From NCBI GenBank assembly GCA_002440125.1, contig DJRQ01000035.1, positions 2,900 through 66,899 on the forward strand: 64,000 bases of DNA. Reading direction: 5' to 3'. The notes under the pieces are model-generated. The model was not told where the DNA came from. It was given only the letters and a program-made list of their open reading frames with translations, and searched no databases. The DNA comes from Bacillales bacterium UBA6356 (lineage in GTDB: Bacteria > Bacillota_I > Bacilli_A > RFN20 > CAG-826). Positions 38,860-47,555 of the stretch are shown one piece after another. How positions within the stretch are numbered: position 1 is the first letter of the stretch; each line of letters opens with the position of its first letter. A program made the translations under genes and the position numbers.

Positions 38860-39762
38860 TTAACCAAACCTCCCTGTGATATAATCCTCGCTTCTCTTAT
38901 CGCGCGGACGCGAGAAGAATTCTTCCGTCTTATTCATTTCGACTAAATCCCCAAGCATGAAGAAGGCCGTGTAATCGCTGATTCTAGAAGCTTGTTGCAT
39001 ATTGTGAGTCACAATCACGATCGTATACTGCTTTTGAAGTTCTCGAATGAGCTCCTCGATGCGAAGGGTTGCGATTGGGTCCAAGGCGCTTGTCGGCTCA
39101 TCCATCAAAAGGACTTCCGGTTTCATGGCCAAGGCTCTCGCGATGCAAAGCCGCTGTTGCTGGCCCCCGCTTAAGGCTAATGCGCTCCCATTTAGGCGGT
39201 CTTTCACTTCCTCGTATAAGGCTGCCCCTTTCAAAGAATCCACCACGATATCCGTGAGCGCTTTCTTGTCTTTGATGCCTTGGCAACGGGGCCCATAGCA
39301 CACATTATCGAAAATGGACATCGGAAAGGGATTCGGCTGCTGGAAGACCATTCCTATTTTAGTCCTTAAAGAAATGGTGTCGATAGCATGAATTTCCTTT
39401 TCGCGATAGAGGATTTCCCCCTTTATGATCGTTCCATCGATTAAGTCATTCATGCGATTGAGGCAACGGAGCAAGGTGCTTTTGCCGCATCCTGAAGGCC
39501 CGATGAGGGCTAAAACCCTCTTCTCATAGACATCCAGATTGATGTTTTTAAGCGAGTGCTTCTTCCCGTTTTGGTACCAAAGATTGAGGTTCTTCACCTC
39601 GATGATCTTCTTTTCCTTATTAGCGAAAGAGGGATCCGGTCTTTGGAAAAGGGGGTTTACCTCAGGCAAAGACTTAAAGGGGTTTTCGACCGTTTCCTCG
39701 CTAAGAGGTTCATTTTCCTTAGATCTAAACAATTTGTTTTTTATTTTTTCCAGTATTTTCAT
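38860..39762 (-). CDS. pstB: Phosphate ABC transporter ATP-binding protein
   Basis: Walker [10 protein letters not shown], the LSGGQQQR signature, Walker [12 protein letters not shown] and an H-loop. An N-terminal extension of about 40 aa is present. Confidence 0.9.
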   Translation of the reverse strand: MKILEKIKNKLFRSKENEPLSEETVENPFKSLPEVNPLFQRPDPSFANKEKKIIEVKNLNLWYQNGKKHSLKNINLDVYEKRVLALIGPSGCGKSTLLRCLNRMNDLIDGTIIKGEILYREKEIHAIDTISLRTKIGMVFQQPNPFPMSIFDNVCYGPRCQGIKDKKALTDIVVDSLKGAALYEEVKDRLNGSALALSGGQQQRLCIARALAMKPEVLLMDEPTSALDPIATLRIEELIRELQKQYTIVIVTHNMQQASRISDYTAFFMLGDLVEMNKTEEFFSRPRDKRSEDYITGRFG

Positions 39763-41039
39763 GTTCTTTTTCCTTTCTTCTTTTCAAGGAAATAGGAGAT
39801 AAGCTTAACGCCGATATTAAGAGCCAAGACCGTCAAAAGAATGATAATGGCAATAGCGGAAGCTTGGTCGTATGCGGGGCTTTCGCCACTAAGGACATTC
39901 CAAATATGGACGGCAAGGGAACTATAGCCGCTTTGGAAGGAGACCGTTTCGCCAATGGTAGCACCCATAGCGAAAACAAGAGCGGCGCTTTCGCCGACGA
40001 TTCTTCCGATCGAGAGCAAGGTGCTCGTCAAAATCCCTCCTAAAGCGTTCGGCAGCACGATTTTGAAAATCGTCTCCGTCTTGCTCGCTCCAAGAGCCAA
40101 GCTCGCATCCATATAGTGGCGTGGGACGGCTCGAATAGCTTCTTCGGTCGTCTTGATGACGACTGGCAAAAGCATAATCGTAAGCGTCAAAGCCCCACTT
40201 AATAAATTGCCGCCGCTTCCGCCAACGATCGAGCTCGCAAATGGCACAAAAATCAAGGCCCCAGCCAAGCCGAAAATAATGGAAGGGATGCCACTAGTCA
40301 AATCGATAAGACTCCGAATGAGAAGCGTTATCCGCCCGCCTTTGGCGTAAAGGGACAAATAAATGGCAGCCCCAACGCCAAGAGGCAAAAGGAAAAGCAA
40401 GGTCAATCCGATAAGCGCCAAAGTCGTCAGAAGAGAGCCTCTTATGCCACCCCCGAACGTCACAAACGTCATGTCATAGATGGCACTGGCCTTGTCTAAG
40501 GCTTCGGCAAAAGCCTCCGGCGAGCTGCTTCCATAAACCGTTTCGTATTTCCCCTCCTCGTCTTTGATGATAAGAGAATCAAGCGAGGCTTTGGAAAGGG
40601 GGTATTCGAAGGAATTTCCGCTCACATCCAAAAAATCGAAAAACGGCGATCCTTCTTCCAAGGAAACAAGATAGACCACTTCTTTCCCATTTAGATTCTT
40701 GGTGAGGCCAAAAGAAGCGCCAAACCTCTTGGAAAAAGGGTATTTTTCAAGCCCTTCCTTTTGCGTAAACGGCTTCCCATCGTGATAATTTTCGATTCGA
40801 AAGGAATCGCTCGTCTTATAGCTAAGGGTCTTCGAATGGTAGTCGCCACTTAGGAAATCCCACGAGAGATAAGAGGAACCTCTCATAAAGACAAAAGCGA
40901 GAATCCAAACGAGAATCCCAACGCTCAATAATCCGAAAAGCCAATTCGCAAAAGTCCTAAAGCCATCATGGATTTTTCTTTTTTTAGACACCCCATCGAA
41001 GGAAAGGGGCGCCATCTCTTTTGTCGATTTCTCCATCAT
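39759..41039 (-). CDS. pstA: Phosphate ABC transporter permease PstA (extended N-terminal/periplasmic region)
   Basis: C-terminal permease core with the EAA-like loop. At 426 aa it is longer than typical PstA (about 290 aa). Confidence 0.85.
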   Translation of the reverse strand: MMEKSTKEMAPLSFDGVSKKRKIHDGFRTFANWLFGLLSVGILVWILAFVFMRGSSYLSWDFLSGDYHSKTLSYKTSDSFRIENYHDGKPFTQKEGLEKYPFSKRFGASFGLTKNLNGKEVVYLVSLEEGSPFFDFLDVSGNSFEYPLSKASLDSLIIKDEEGKYETVYGSSSPEAFAEALDKASAIYDMTFVTFGGGIRGSLLTTLALIGLTLLFLLPLGVGAAIYLSLYAKGGRITLLIRSLIDLTSGIPSIIFGLAGALIFVPFASSIVGGSGGNLLSGALTLTIMLLPVVIKTTEEAIRAVPRHYMDASLALGASKTETIFKIVLPNALGGILTSTLLSIGRIVGESAALVFAMGATIGETVSFQSGYSSLAVHIWNVLSGESPAYDQASAIAIIILLTVLALNIGVKLISYFLEKKKGKRT

Positions 41040-41995
41040 CCCCCCCTCCTTTTCCGTTCCCTTCTCCTCTTAAAGGAATTAAGAGAGAGGGTGATAGCCA
41101 AAATAAGAAGAATCAGAACCAAACCCAGGGAGAAACGTATGTCATACCCCAAAGAATCGACGACCGCTTCACTCATACCGCCAAGCATCGCGCTCGTCAA
41201 GGTATTCCCCGGGTTAAAAGGATTATAAAAGAAAAGCCCATTCGAACTTCCGCCGATAACCATGGAAACGGCGGTCGCTTCGCCTAAAGCTCGGCCAATC
41301 CCCAAAATAATCCCAGCGAAAATGCCACTTTCGGCGCTCGGAAGGACGACTTTGTAATTCGTTTCTTCTTTGGAAGCTCCTAAAGCGAGGGAAGCGTCTA
41401 TCAAAGACGGATCCACATCCGTTATCGCGTTGTAGCTTAAAAGGCCGATGGTCGGAATGGACATAAGAGCCAATACCAAACTCGCCGAGAGTATGCTTTG
41501 GCCACCGCTTGTGAGCGACCCGATGATGGGCAAGCCGCGAATAAGAGGACAAAGCACAGCCATGCCGAAAAGCCCGTAAATGACGCTTGGTATGGAACTA
41601 AGGATTTCTAAGGCCGTTTGAAAAACCACCCGAATCCTTTTCGGGGCTACCCTCGCGATAAATAGAGCGCCTAAAACGGCAATAGGCGCCGCAAAAAGAA
41701 GCGATAAGGCCGTTACATAAATCGTCGTAAGCAAGAGAAAAGGCATGCCGCCTTCGCCATTGTAGGTCCAATTATAGGAAGTGAAGAAAGCGGATATATC
41801 TTGCTTTTCGCCTCGATAATAACCACCAACGAAAGGCTTAATGCCTCGCACGAAAATAAAGCCGACGATAAAAAAAACAGACAAGGAGCAAAGTAACGCA
41901 AAAAGAAGGAAGAAGCCCCCACTCCCCTTATCGAGAGCTTCTTTCCTTTTAGCGATTTTCGTTTCCTTGTCCAAATGCGATTGGCAAGAAACCAT
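41036..41995 (-). CDS. pstC: Phosphate ABC transporter permease PstC
   Basis: 319 aa, six TM helices, and the ABC permease EAA motif region ([21 protein letters not shown]). Confidence 0.85.
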   Translation of the reverse strand: MVSCQSHLDKETKIAKRKEALDKGSGGFFLLFALLCSLSVFFIVGFIFVRGIKPFVGGYYRGEKQDISAFFTSYNWTYNGEGGMPFLLLTTIYVTALSLLFAAPIAVLGALFIARVAPKRIRVVFQTALEILSSIPSVIYGLFGMAVLCPLIRGLPIIGSLTSGGQSILSASLVLALMSIPTIGLLSYNAITDVDPSLIDASLALGASKEETNYKVVLPSAESGIFAGIILGIGRALGEATAVSMVIGGSSNGLFFYNPFNPGNTLTSAMLGGMSEAVVDSLGYDIRFSLGLVLILLILAITLSLNSFKRRRERKRRGG

Positions 41996-42954
41996 TAGAT
42001 CTGTTCCTTTGCTTCTTTCCAGGTCTTGATTTCGCCTAGATAAATCTTCTTCAAGACAGTACCCGTGATATTCGTAACGGCGGTATTTTCGCTATTGACG
42101 ATAGGAACGACCGCGTCTTTTGCGAAAGCGCCACGCTTATTGTTATCATTGAGTTTCTCAAGCTCGGAATCTTGGATTTCGCGGGATAAGAAACCAATGT
42201 CATAAAGGGTGCCAGAGGTTGCGGTAACACCGCTTACGGCCGCGCCGCTTGATTGTTGATTAAGCTTGAAGGTGACTTTGTTCTTGGTAAGCTCCGTGAA
42301 TTTGCTCGAAGTCTTCTCAAGAACGGCCTTGACACTTGTAGAACCACAGGTTTCGATCTCCACATTATTCGTATCGATTCCTTGATAATTTTTTGCAAGT
42401 TCGCTCCAAGGGGTTAAGTCAGATCTATCTTCCAAGATACCACCCGCGTTTTTGATCGCGGTTTGTCCTTCAACGCTATTAAGCAAGAAATCCACATAAG
42501 CGTGGGTCGCAATCGACTTCGCGCTCGCTTGGTCCGAGTAATCGCGAATGACGAAATTAAAGTTACGACTGATCTTATAGGTGCCATTAACGACGCTCTC
42601 AACGCTCGCTTCGACGCCTTCGTAGCTCAATCCTTTGATGCCAGAGACGGAGGATAAGCTATCCAAAGAGCAATAGCCGATGCCATAAGGCTCGACGCTA
42701 ATCGCATGCATCATATCGGGATTCGTAGCGCTTGTGGAAACGACAACGTTCGAATTCCATTTGTCTTCTTTGGCCACATCCTTATAGCCGATGCTTTCAA
42801 AGAAGCATTCGCGAGTGCCGCTTCCAGCCGCTCTCGAGAAGAGCTTAATGGAGGAAGCCTCATCAAAGGAGGTTCCGCTTTCGCCACAAGAGGCGAGGGC
42901 TCCAACGCCTGCTAGAGCCATAAGAGCAATACATGCTCCGATTCTTTTTTTCAT
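41995..42954 (-). CDS. pstS: Phosphate ABC transporter substrate-binding lipoprotein PstS
   Basis: The start is trimmed to MKKRIGACIALMALAGVGALASCGES, which carries a lipobox LASC. PBP type-2 fold. Confidence 0.85.
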   Translation of the reverse strand: MKKRIGACIALMALAGVGALASCGESGTSFDEASSIKLFSRAAGSGTRECFFESIGYKDVAKEDKWNSNVVVSTSATNPDMMHAISVEPYGIGYCSLDSLSSVSGIKGLSYEGVEASVESVVNGTYKISRNFNFVIRDYSDQASAKSIATHAYVDFLLNSVEGQTAIKNAGGILEDRSDLTPWSELAKNYQGIDTNNVEIETCGSTSVKAVLEKTSSKFTELTKNKVTFKLNQQSSGAAVSGVTATSGTLYDIGFLSREIQDSELEKLNDNNKRGAFAKDAVVPIVNSENTAVTNITGTVLKKIYLGEIKTWKEAKEQI

Positions 42955-42989
42955 CTTTTTCCTTCTTTCATTTTCAACAGCGATATCTT

Positions 42990-43025
42990 CTTCCAAAAAG
43001 AAAACCGCCCCAACCAAGAGGCGGT
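42990..43025 (-). terminator. Rho-independent terminator closing the SipW-cognate operon (stem accgcc/ggcggt)
   Basis: Stem 43004-43009 paired with 43020-43025, loop ccaaccaaga. Followed on the minus strand by TTTTCTTTTTGG. Confidence 0.5.
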
Positions 43026-43052
43026 AAAGAAATATGAAGAGAATGTAAAAGG

Positions 43053-45302
43053 CTAGGAGACGGGCTTTCTTAAGAACAAGACCATGTTTTTCGATATTTT
43101 AGAACCGATTTTGAATTCCAATTCGGTTTGATGCTCGTAGAATTTCCTGCCACCCTCATAATTGAGGTAGTCCTCCACGGTCCATTTTTTCCCACTGCCG
43201 TCATAGTTATCAGGGGTGATGGGAAGATCTTTGGCGAAGGAGGCGCCCGATTCCACTTCGATAGAGCCTATAAGTCCTGTTTTCATGAATTCAGCATCGA
43301 CATCGATAAACCCTTCGGAATCGCGGACGATATTCGTTTTATTGACAATCCCCCCATCATAAACATAAACGCGGACGGATTCCGAATCGTGCGGCGCCAA
43401 AGCGATCCCGACCTTTGAAATGCGCAAGCTACCATCATCTTCGTAAACGTAAAAAGCGCGAACGAGAATATTGTAATAGTTCATCGAATTTTCGGTGATC
43501 CGAAAGAGGTTTTTCAAGTACCCTTTGGATTGATTGAAATCGTGGTTTTGGAAGAGGGGCGCATTTTCGATGTTTTGAAAATCGGTTTGAGCGCCGCCCA
43601 CTTCAAAAATCTTCGTTTCCGCGCCTTCGTTGGTATCGGATGCGAAAAATTCATAGTAAGAACTCGGATATTTTTCAAGGCGATCTTGCGAATGAGCATC
43701 CGCCTCAGCGGCGCTAACGGAAGTCAAACGCTCGTTTTCATCGAGAATATAAGCATTCGAAGCAATGGTGAACATATTGCTGTAATAAGAATATTGCTTG
43801 CCGTTATATTTAAACGTATTCATTGTCCTGGTCTTCATTCCATCGATGCGGACATTGTTGATTTCGAAATCGACATAGGGGTTTATAACGCCATCCGCGC
43901 TATAAGTTCCATTACCATATTTATAAAGAGAGGAGCCATTCTCGTAATCAAAGGAAACGTTTTTCCCAACGATTCGGAAATCGTCTATCTTCTCTATTTT
44001 GACATAAAGCTTTAAGCGAACATTCCCTACGTCCCTATACGCATAATTCGCATCGTTCAAAAGAGGGTCTTGGCAAAGAAGGAAGGGCCTTTTCGGTTTG
44101 GTGAGGTCGGTAAAGGCAGATGGCTTATTCGTCGAGACGTTGACGCTTGTCGGATAGCCAACATAAACCAAGATATTGTAGATCCCTTCTCCTAGGATAT
44201 TGGCGGATTTCCCAGCCTCGCTCCCAGCGAACAAAGCCTCATAGCTCGGGTGATAAAGGCCATTAGAGTCCTTCTCTAAGGACAAAGAAGATTGGGTCAA
44301 AGAATAATTCGCAGTCGTTTGATAGTTATACCATCCCCCAATCCATGTTCCAGGATTATAGGAAGTATAGCCGTTCGAAGAGAAACCAATAGGCGTGAAA
44401 TCCAGATAATAAATGGAATCCTTTTTAACGACCAGGTTGTTGTAATAGTAATAGGATTGGCTGTAGTTTCCTTCCGAGGCGTCTTGGGAAAAGTAATATT
44501 CTTCTTGGAAGATATAGTCGTTATTGAGTTCCGGGAATATCTCAGCCGTATCGCCATGAAGTCGAACGACGGGCTGTTGGGAAGTGGAATTATAGTTCTT
44601 CCCCGAAGTATAGATGGGATAGATGAATACCGTCTTTTTATTATAGGAAGAACCATCGATGCTGAACTCGCTATCGCTCGATAAAGCGGTCTCATCGACG
44701 TTGCTTAAAGGATCGAGAGCGCTGAGATAATGGAAGTTCCCCTGATTCATGAAACCGAGCTCGCTTACGTTTTCGACATCCGCGCTCCAACCGCAGAAAG
44801 AAAGACGGTAGCCTTTGGAGTCCTTGGCCCCGCATGAGGGCGAACCGATCTTTTCGAAGTCGTTTTGGGTGATGGAAGTATCGGCGACGAAATGCTTATA
44901 GGCGTACTTGGAATCATCTGCCGCATCCGTCCAAGCGCCGAAAAAAGAAGCGTCAGAGCTCGAAACGTTCGTACTTGAGGAGAAAGCGCTCTTCTTTTCG
45001 TCAAAGGCGCTTGCGGCATCGAATTTATCAAGATAGGAAGTATCGATGTTAAGGCCATTAGCGATGCCTTCTAAAATATAATCGGCATACATCCAGTTCG
45101 GGAAAACGTAAACGTCGTAGGTGTTGGCGTCGAGTTCGTAATTAGGGCGCACATCATCGATATAGGTATCGGGAATTATTTCCTTCTTCGTGCCTATAAC
45201 CTCTCCTAGAACCCACGTCGAAAAGGCGCTTCCGAGCATGAATCCCGGCAAAATCGCCAAGGCGAGAAGGGCGATCTTTTTGAATAATTTGGATTTCTTC
45301 AT
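43053..45302 (-). CDS. Large (749 aa) secreted Tyr/Asn/Ser-rich protein with SipW-cognate-type signal peptide; candidate fibre-associated adhesin
   Basis: N-terminus MKKSKLFKKIALLALAILPGFMLGSAFSTWVLGE, with K-rich, hydrophobic and G-S-A-F-S-T-W segments. The motif is shared with the two upstream genes and resembles the TasA/CalY leaders. The remainder is beta-rich low-complexity sequence with many N-x-S/T sites and no TM helix or LPxTG. Confidence 0.55.
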   Translation of the reverse strand: MKKSKLFKKIALLALAILPGFMLGSAFSTWVLGEVIGTKKEIIPDTYIDDVRPNYELDANTYDVYVFPNWMYADYILEGIANGLNIDTSYLDKFDAASAFDEKKSAFSSSTNVSSSDASFFGAWTDAADDSKYAYKHFVADTSITQNDFEKIGSPSCGAKDSKGYRLSFCGWSADVENVSELGFMNQGNFHYLSALDPLSNVDETALSSDSEFSIDGSSYNKKTVFIYPIYTSGKNYNSTSQQPVVRLHGDTAEIFPELNNDYIFQEEYYFSQDASEGNYSQSYYYYNNLVVKKDSIYYLDFTPIGFSSNGYTSYNPGTWIGGWYNYQTTANYSLTQSSLSLEKDSNGLYHPSYEALFAGSEAGKSANILGEGIYNILVYVGYPTSVNVSTNKPSAFTDLTKPKRPFLLCQDPLLNDANYAYRDVGNVRLKLYVKIEKIDDFRIVGKNVSFDYENGSSLYKYGNGTYSADGVINPYVDFEINNVRIDGMKTRTMNTFKYNGKQYSYYSNMFTIASNAYILDENERLTSVSAAEADAHSQDRLEKYPSSYYEFFASDTNEGAETKIFEVGGAQTDFQNIENAPLFQNHDFNQSKGYLKNLFRITENSMNYYNILVRAFYVYEDDGSLRISKVGIALAPHDSESVRVYVYDGGIVNKTNIVRDSEGFIDVDAEFMKTGLIGSIEVESGASFAKDLPITPDNYDGSGKKWTVEDYLNYEGGRKFYEHQTELEFKIGSKISKNMVLFLRKPVS

Positions 45303-45313
45303 CCTCTGCCCTC

Positions 45314-45943
45314 CTATTCCTTATGGGTTGCGACCACTTCGAAGTTAAAGCGAATCAAGGAGTTCGCTTTCTTTTCGTTCCAGACGATTTCTCTTAGCTT
45401 TTGATAGCTTTCTTTGGTGTCCGGTTCCATGCCACTCCGGTAGCCTAAAGAGATGGAAACGCTACTCGAAATCGGGCTTTCGAAATCGGAAAGAGATATG
45501 TTTTCCGAATCGCCATACCAAAGACCTTCTAGCGATTTCTCCAAGGAGGGGTCTGGCAAATAAAACTGAAAATAGGAAGAGAATTCGTCGCTAAGTTCGA
45601 TTTTATACTTGAAGGTATAGGTAAAATCCCCGAATGAGAGGCTAGTATCGTCTTGGAAAGACCATTGGTAGGTGAAATTAATGGGCGAAGGAAATTCAAT
45701 GCCATTCTGATCGACGATCAACTTCGGAAGCGTTCCATCGGGCGCATAAAGGGTATCGTTCTGGGAGCCAAAGGAGACATGAAGCGTCCCGAAGTTTTCT
45801 GGCACCTTTTTGGTTATTTCCAAGTCCGCTTGATCCTCTTTCCTAACAAGGGCATCAAAGACAAAAACGGAAAAGCCGCCCCCCACAATGGCGGCGCTAA
45901 GAAAAAGAGGAAGGGCTATCGCGAAAACCCTTTTAAGCCTCAT
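45314..45943 (-). CDS. SipW-cognate secreted protein (209 aa), candidate minor/accessory fibre component (TapA-like role by position)
   Basis: N-terminus MRLKRVFAIALPLFLSAAIVGGGFSVFVFD. Overlaps the peptidase gene by 11 nt. Confidence 0.5.
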   Translation of the reverse strand: MRLKRVFAIALPLFLSAAIVGGGFSVFVFDALVRKEDQADLEITKKVPENFGTLHVSFGSQNDTLYAPDGTLPKLIVDQNGIEFPSPINFTYQWSFQDDTSLSFGDFTYTFKYKIELSDEFSSYFQFYLPDPSLEKSLEGLWYGDSENISLSDFESPISSSVSISLGYRSGMEPDTKESYQKLREIVWNEKKANSLIRFNFEVVATHKE

Positions 45944-47480
45944 AGTGCTTCTCCCCTTTCTGCTCTCCGTTATAGCGGATTGAAATCTTCGAGTATTCCG
46001 TCGGGTTGTAATCGATGTTTATGGCTTTTTTGAAATGGAAGGTCAAGAAATATTCGCCTGCCTCCAAGGCTTCGAAGGATGAGGCTTTGGACAAAAAATA
46101 GACAAGGTTTCCGCTCTCTTCCAAAAGCGAGGCTTTCGCGTCCAAAACGGAAATCGTTTCTTTTTCCTTCGAATCGAAAGAAATGAAGGAGCGATACCCT
46201 TTCTTTTCGAAAGGCGAAGCGCCTTTCTCGTCCAAAAGCCCGAAGCTTCCTTTTTCCAAATGCCCATAGAACCCATAAAGAAAGCCCTCGGCCTCGTTTT
46301 GAGAAAGAAGCTTTAACGCCGCTTTTCTTTCGCCTTGTTTCAAATAAAGGTCGGCTTTCTCTTTTTTACTCACGAAATACACTCGCTTCGTGACTGGCTT
46401 AAGATCCTTCTTAGAAGGAAGGACTTCTTTCGTTACGCCTTCCATTTCGATGGAAGAGCTCCTCTTTTCCCTCGCATTTTCGGCTTCTCCCTTTCCTTCC
46501 GAAATGGCAGAATACGCTTCTTCCTTCGCTTTTTCTTCCTTTAAGCGAGACGCAAGAAGAGAGGATTCATTTCCTTGCTCTTTGACTTCATTCCCCTCTT
46601 TATCTACGCCGATAAGGCCATAAAGAATGGCTTCATAGCGGATTTCGTATTGGTCAGCGCTCTTCGTATAGAGAACGCTATAGACGATAAGGAGCATAAA
46701 GGCCGTCAACAAAGTGATAATGCCGATACCGCTTTGCAAATAGATGATAAACATCCCCAAGGTGAGGTTCTTATACCCAGTCCACTCCCCGACTATCTGA
46801 TCGTAAGCAATGGCGATTTCCCCCGCCATCGAGGTAGGGTTCGCATCGCCTCGAAAAGTATAGGCCTTCTGGCCGTCTTTCTCGGTGATATCGAGCAAAC
46901 GGTGAACGATCGTTATCGTCTTGCCTTCTTCTTTGCTATCCATCTTGAAGGCATAGACCTTATAGGGAACAAGTTCCTCTTCGCTTCGAACCTTTTTCAA
47001 AGTGACAAAGCCATAGCGTTCAATGCGGTTCTCATTCCCTAAAAGGTCATGTTCGGAAAGCTCGTTCCTATTTGAACGATGGATTTCAGACATCGATTCG
47101 GTATGAATGACAAGCATCGCCGTATCGCCCATAAAGAGCTGACCGCCCGCTTGTTGTTCCACCATGGCCAAAGCGACAAGCCCCAGCAAAAGAACGTAAA
47201 AAGCGATAAGAAAACCGCTAAGGACGTTAGAAGCTTTCTTTTCGCTCTTTTTCTTCTTGTTGATTCCTAAAGCGATGGAGCGAGGTTCGCCATATTTCTT
47301 TTGAAGGCGTCTGAGATCCTTTTTGACCGTTACTTCGATTTTAGGATCTTCCACTTTCGCTAGATATAAGCGCTTCTTGCTATGGAAATATAAGGCGGAG
47401 ATACCAATGAAAGCGACAGCGAAAAGAACAACTACAACCATGCAGACGATGTAGATGAGATTCATGCTATTCGTTGTCAT
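45933..47480 (-). CDS. ER/archaeal-type signal peptidase I (S26B; SipW-like), enlarged 515-aa form with extra TM segments and ~240-aa C-terminal extracytoplasmic extension
   Basis: The catalytic core sits between TM helices. S26 motifs TESMSEI (Ser box), TIVHRL (His in place of the P-type Lys, the ER/SipW type) and FRGDANPTS (GDNN-like Asp box) are present. AAGGAGGGG RBS. Confidence 0.6.
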   Translation of the reverse strand: MTTNSMNLIYIVCMVVVVLFAVAFIGISALYFHSKKRLYLAKVEDPKIEVTVKKDLRRLQKKYGEPRSIALGINKKKKSEKKASNVLSGFLIAFYVLLLGLVALAMVEQQAGGQLFMGDTAMLVIHTESMSEIHRSNRNELSEHDLLGNENRIERYGFVTLKKVRSEEELVPYKVYAFKMDSKEEGKTITIVHRLLDITEKDGQKAYTFRGDANPTSMAGEIAIAYDQIVGEWTGYKNLTLGMFIIYLQSGIGIITLLTAFMLLIVYSVLYTKSADQYEIRYEAILYGLIGVDKEGNEVKEQGNESSLLASRLKEEKAKEEAYSAISEGKGEAENAREKRSSSIEMEGVTKEVLPSKKDLKPVTKRVYFVSKKEKADLYLKQGERKAALKLLSQNEAEGFLYGFYGHLEKGSFGLLDEKGASPFEKKGYRSFISFDSKEKETISVLDAKASLLEESGNLVYFLSKASSFEALEAGEYFLTFHFKKAINIDYNPTEYSKISIRYNGEQKGEKHYEA

Positions 47481-47509
47481 ACTATCCCCTCCTTATAAGC
47501 CAACAAAGG

Positions 47510-47530
47510 CTTGGGGGAGGTGCCCCCAAG
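47510..47530 (-). promoter_or_regulatory. Intra-operon hairpin between the 225-aa subunit gene and the peptidase gene (possible partial terminator/RNA-stability element)
   Basis: 8-bp perfect stem cttggggg/cccccaag with loop aggtg. Only a weak T-run follows on the minus strand. Confidence 0.3.
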
Positions 47531-47555
47531 CGCAAAATACATTAAAAAGAATGAA

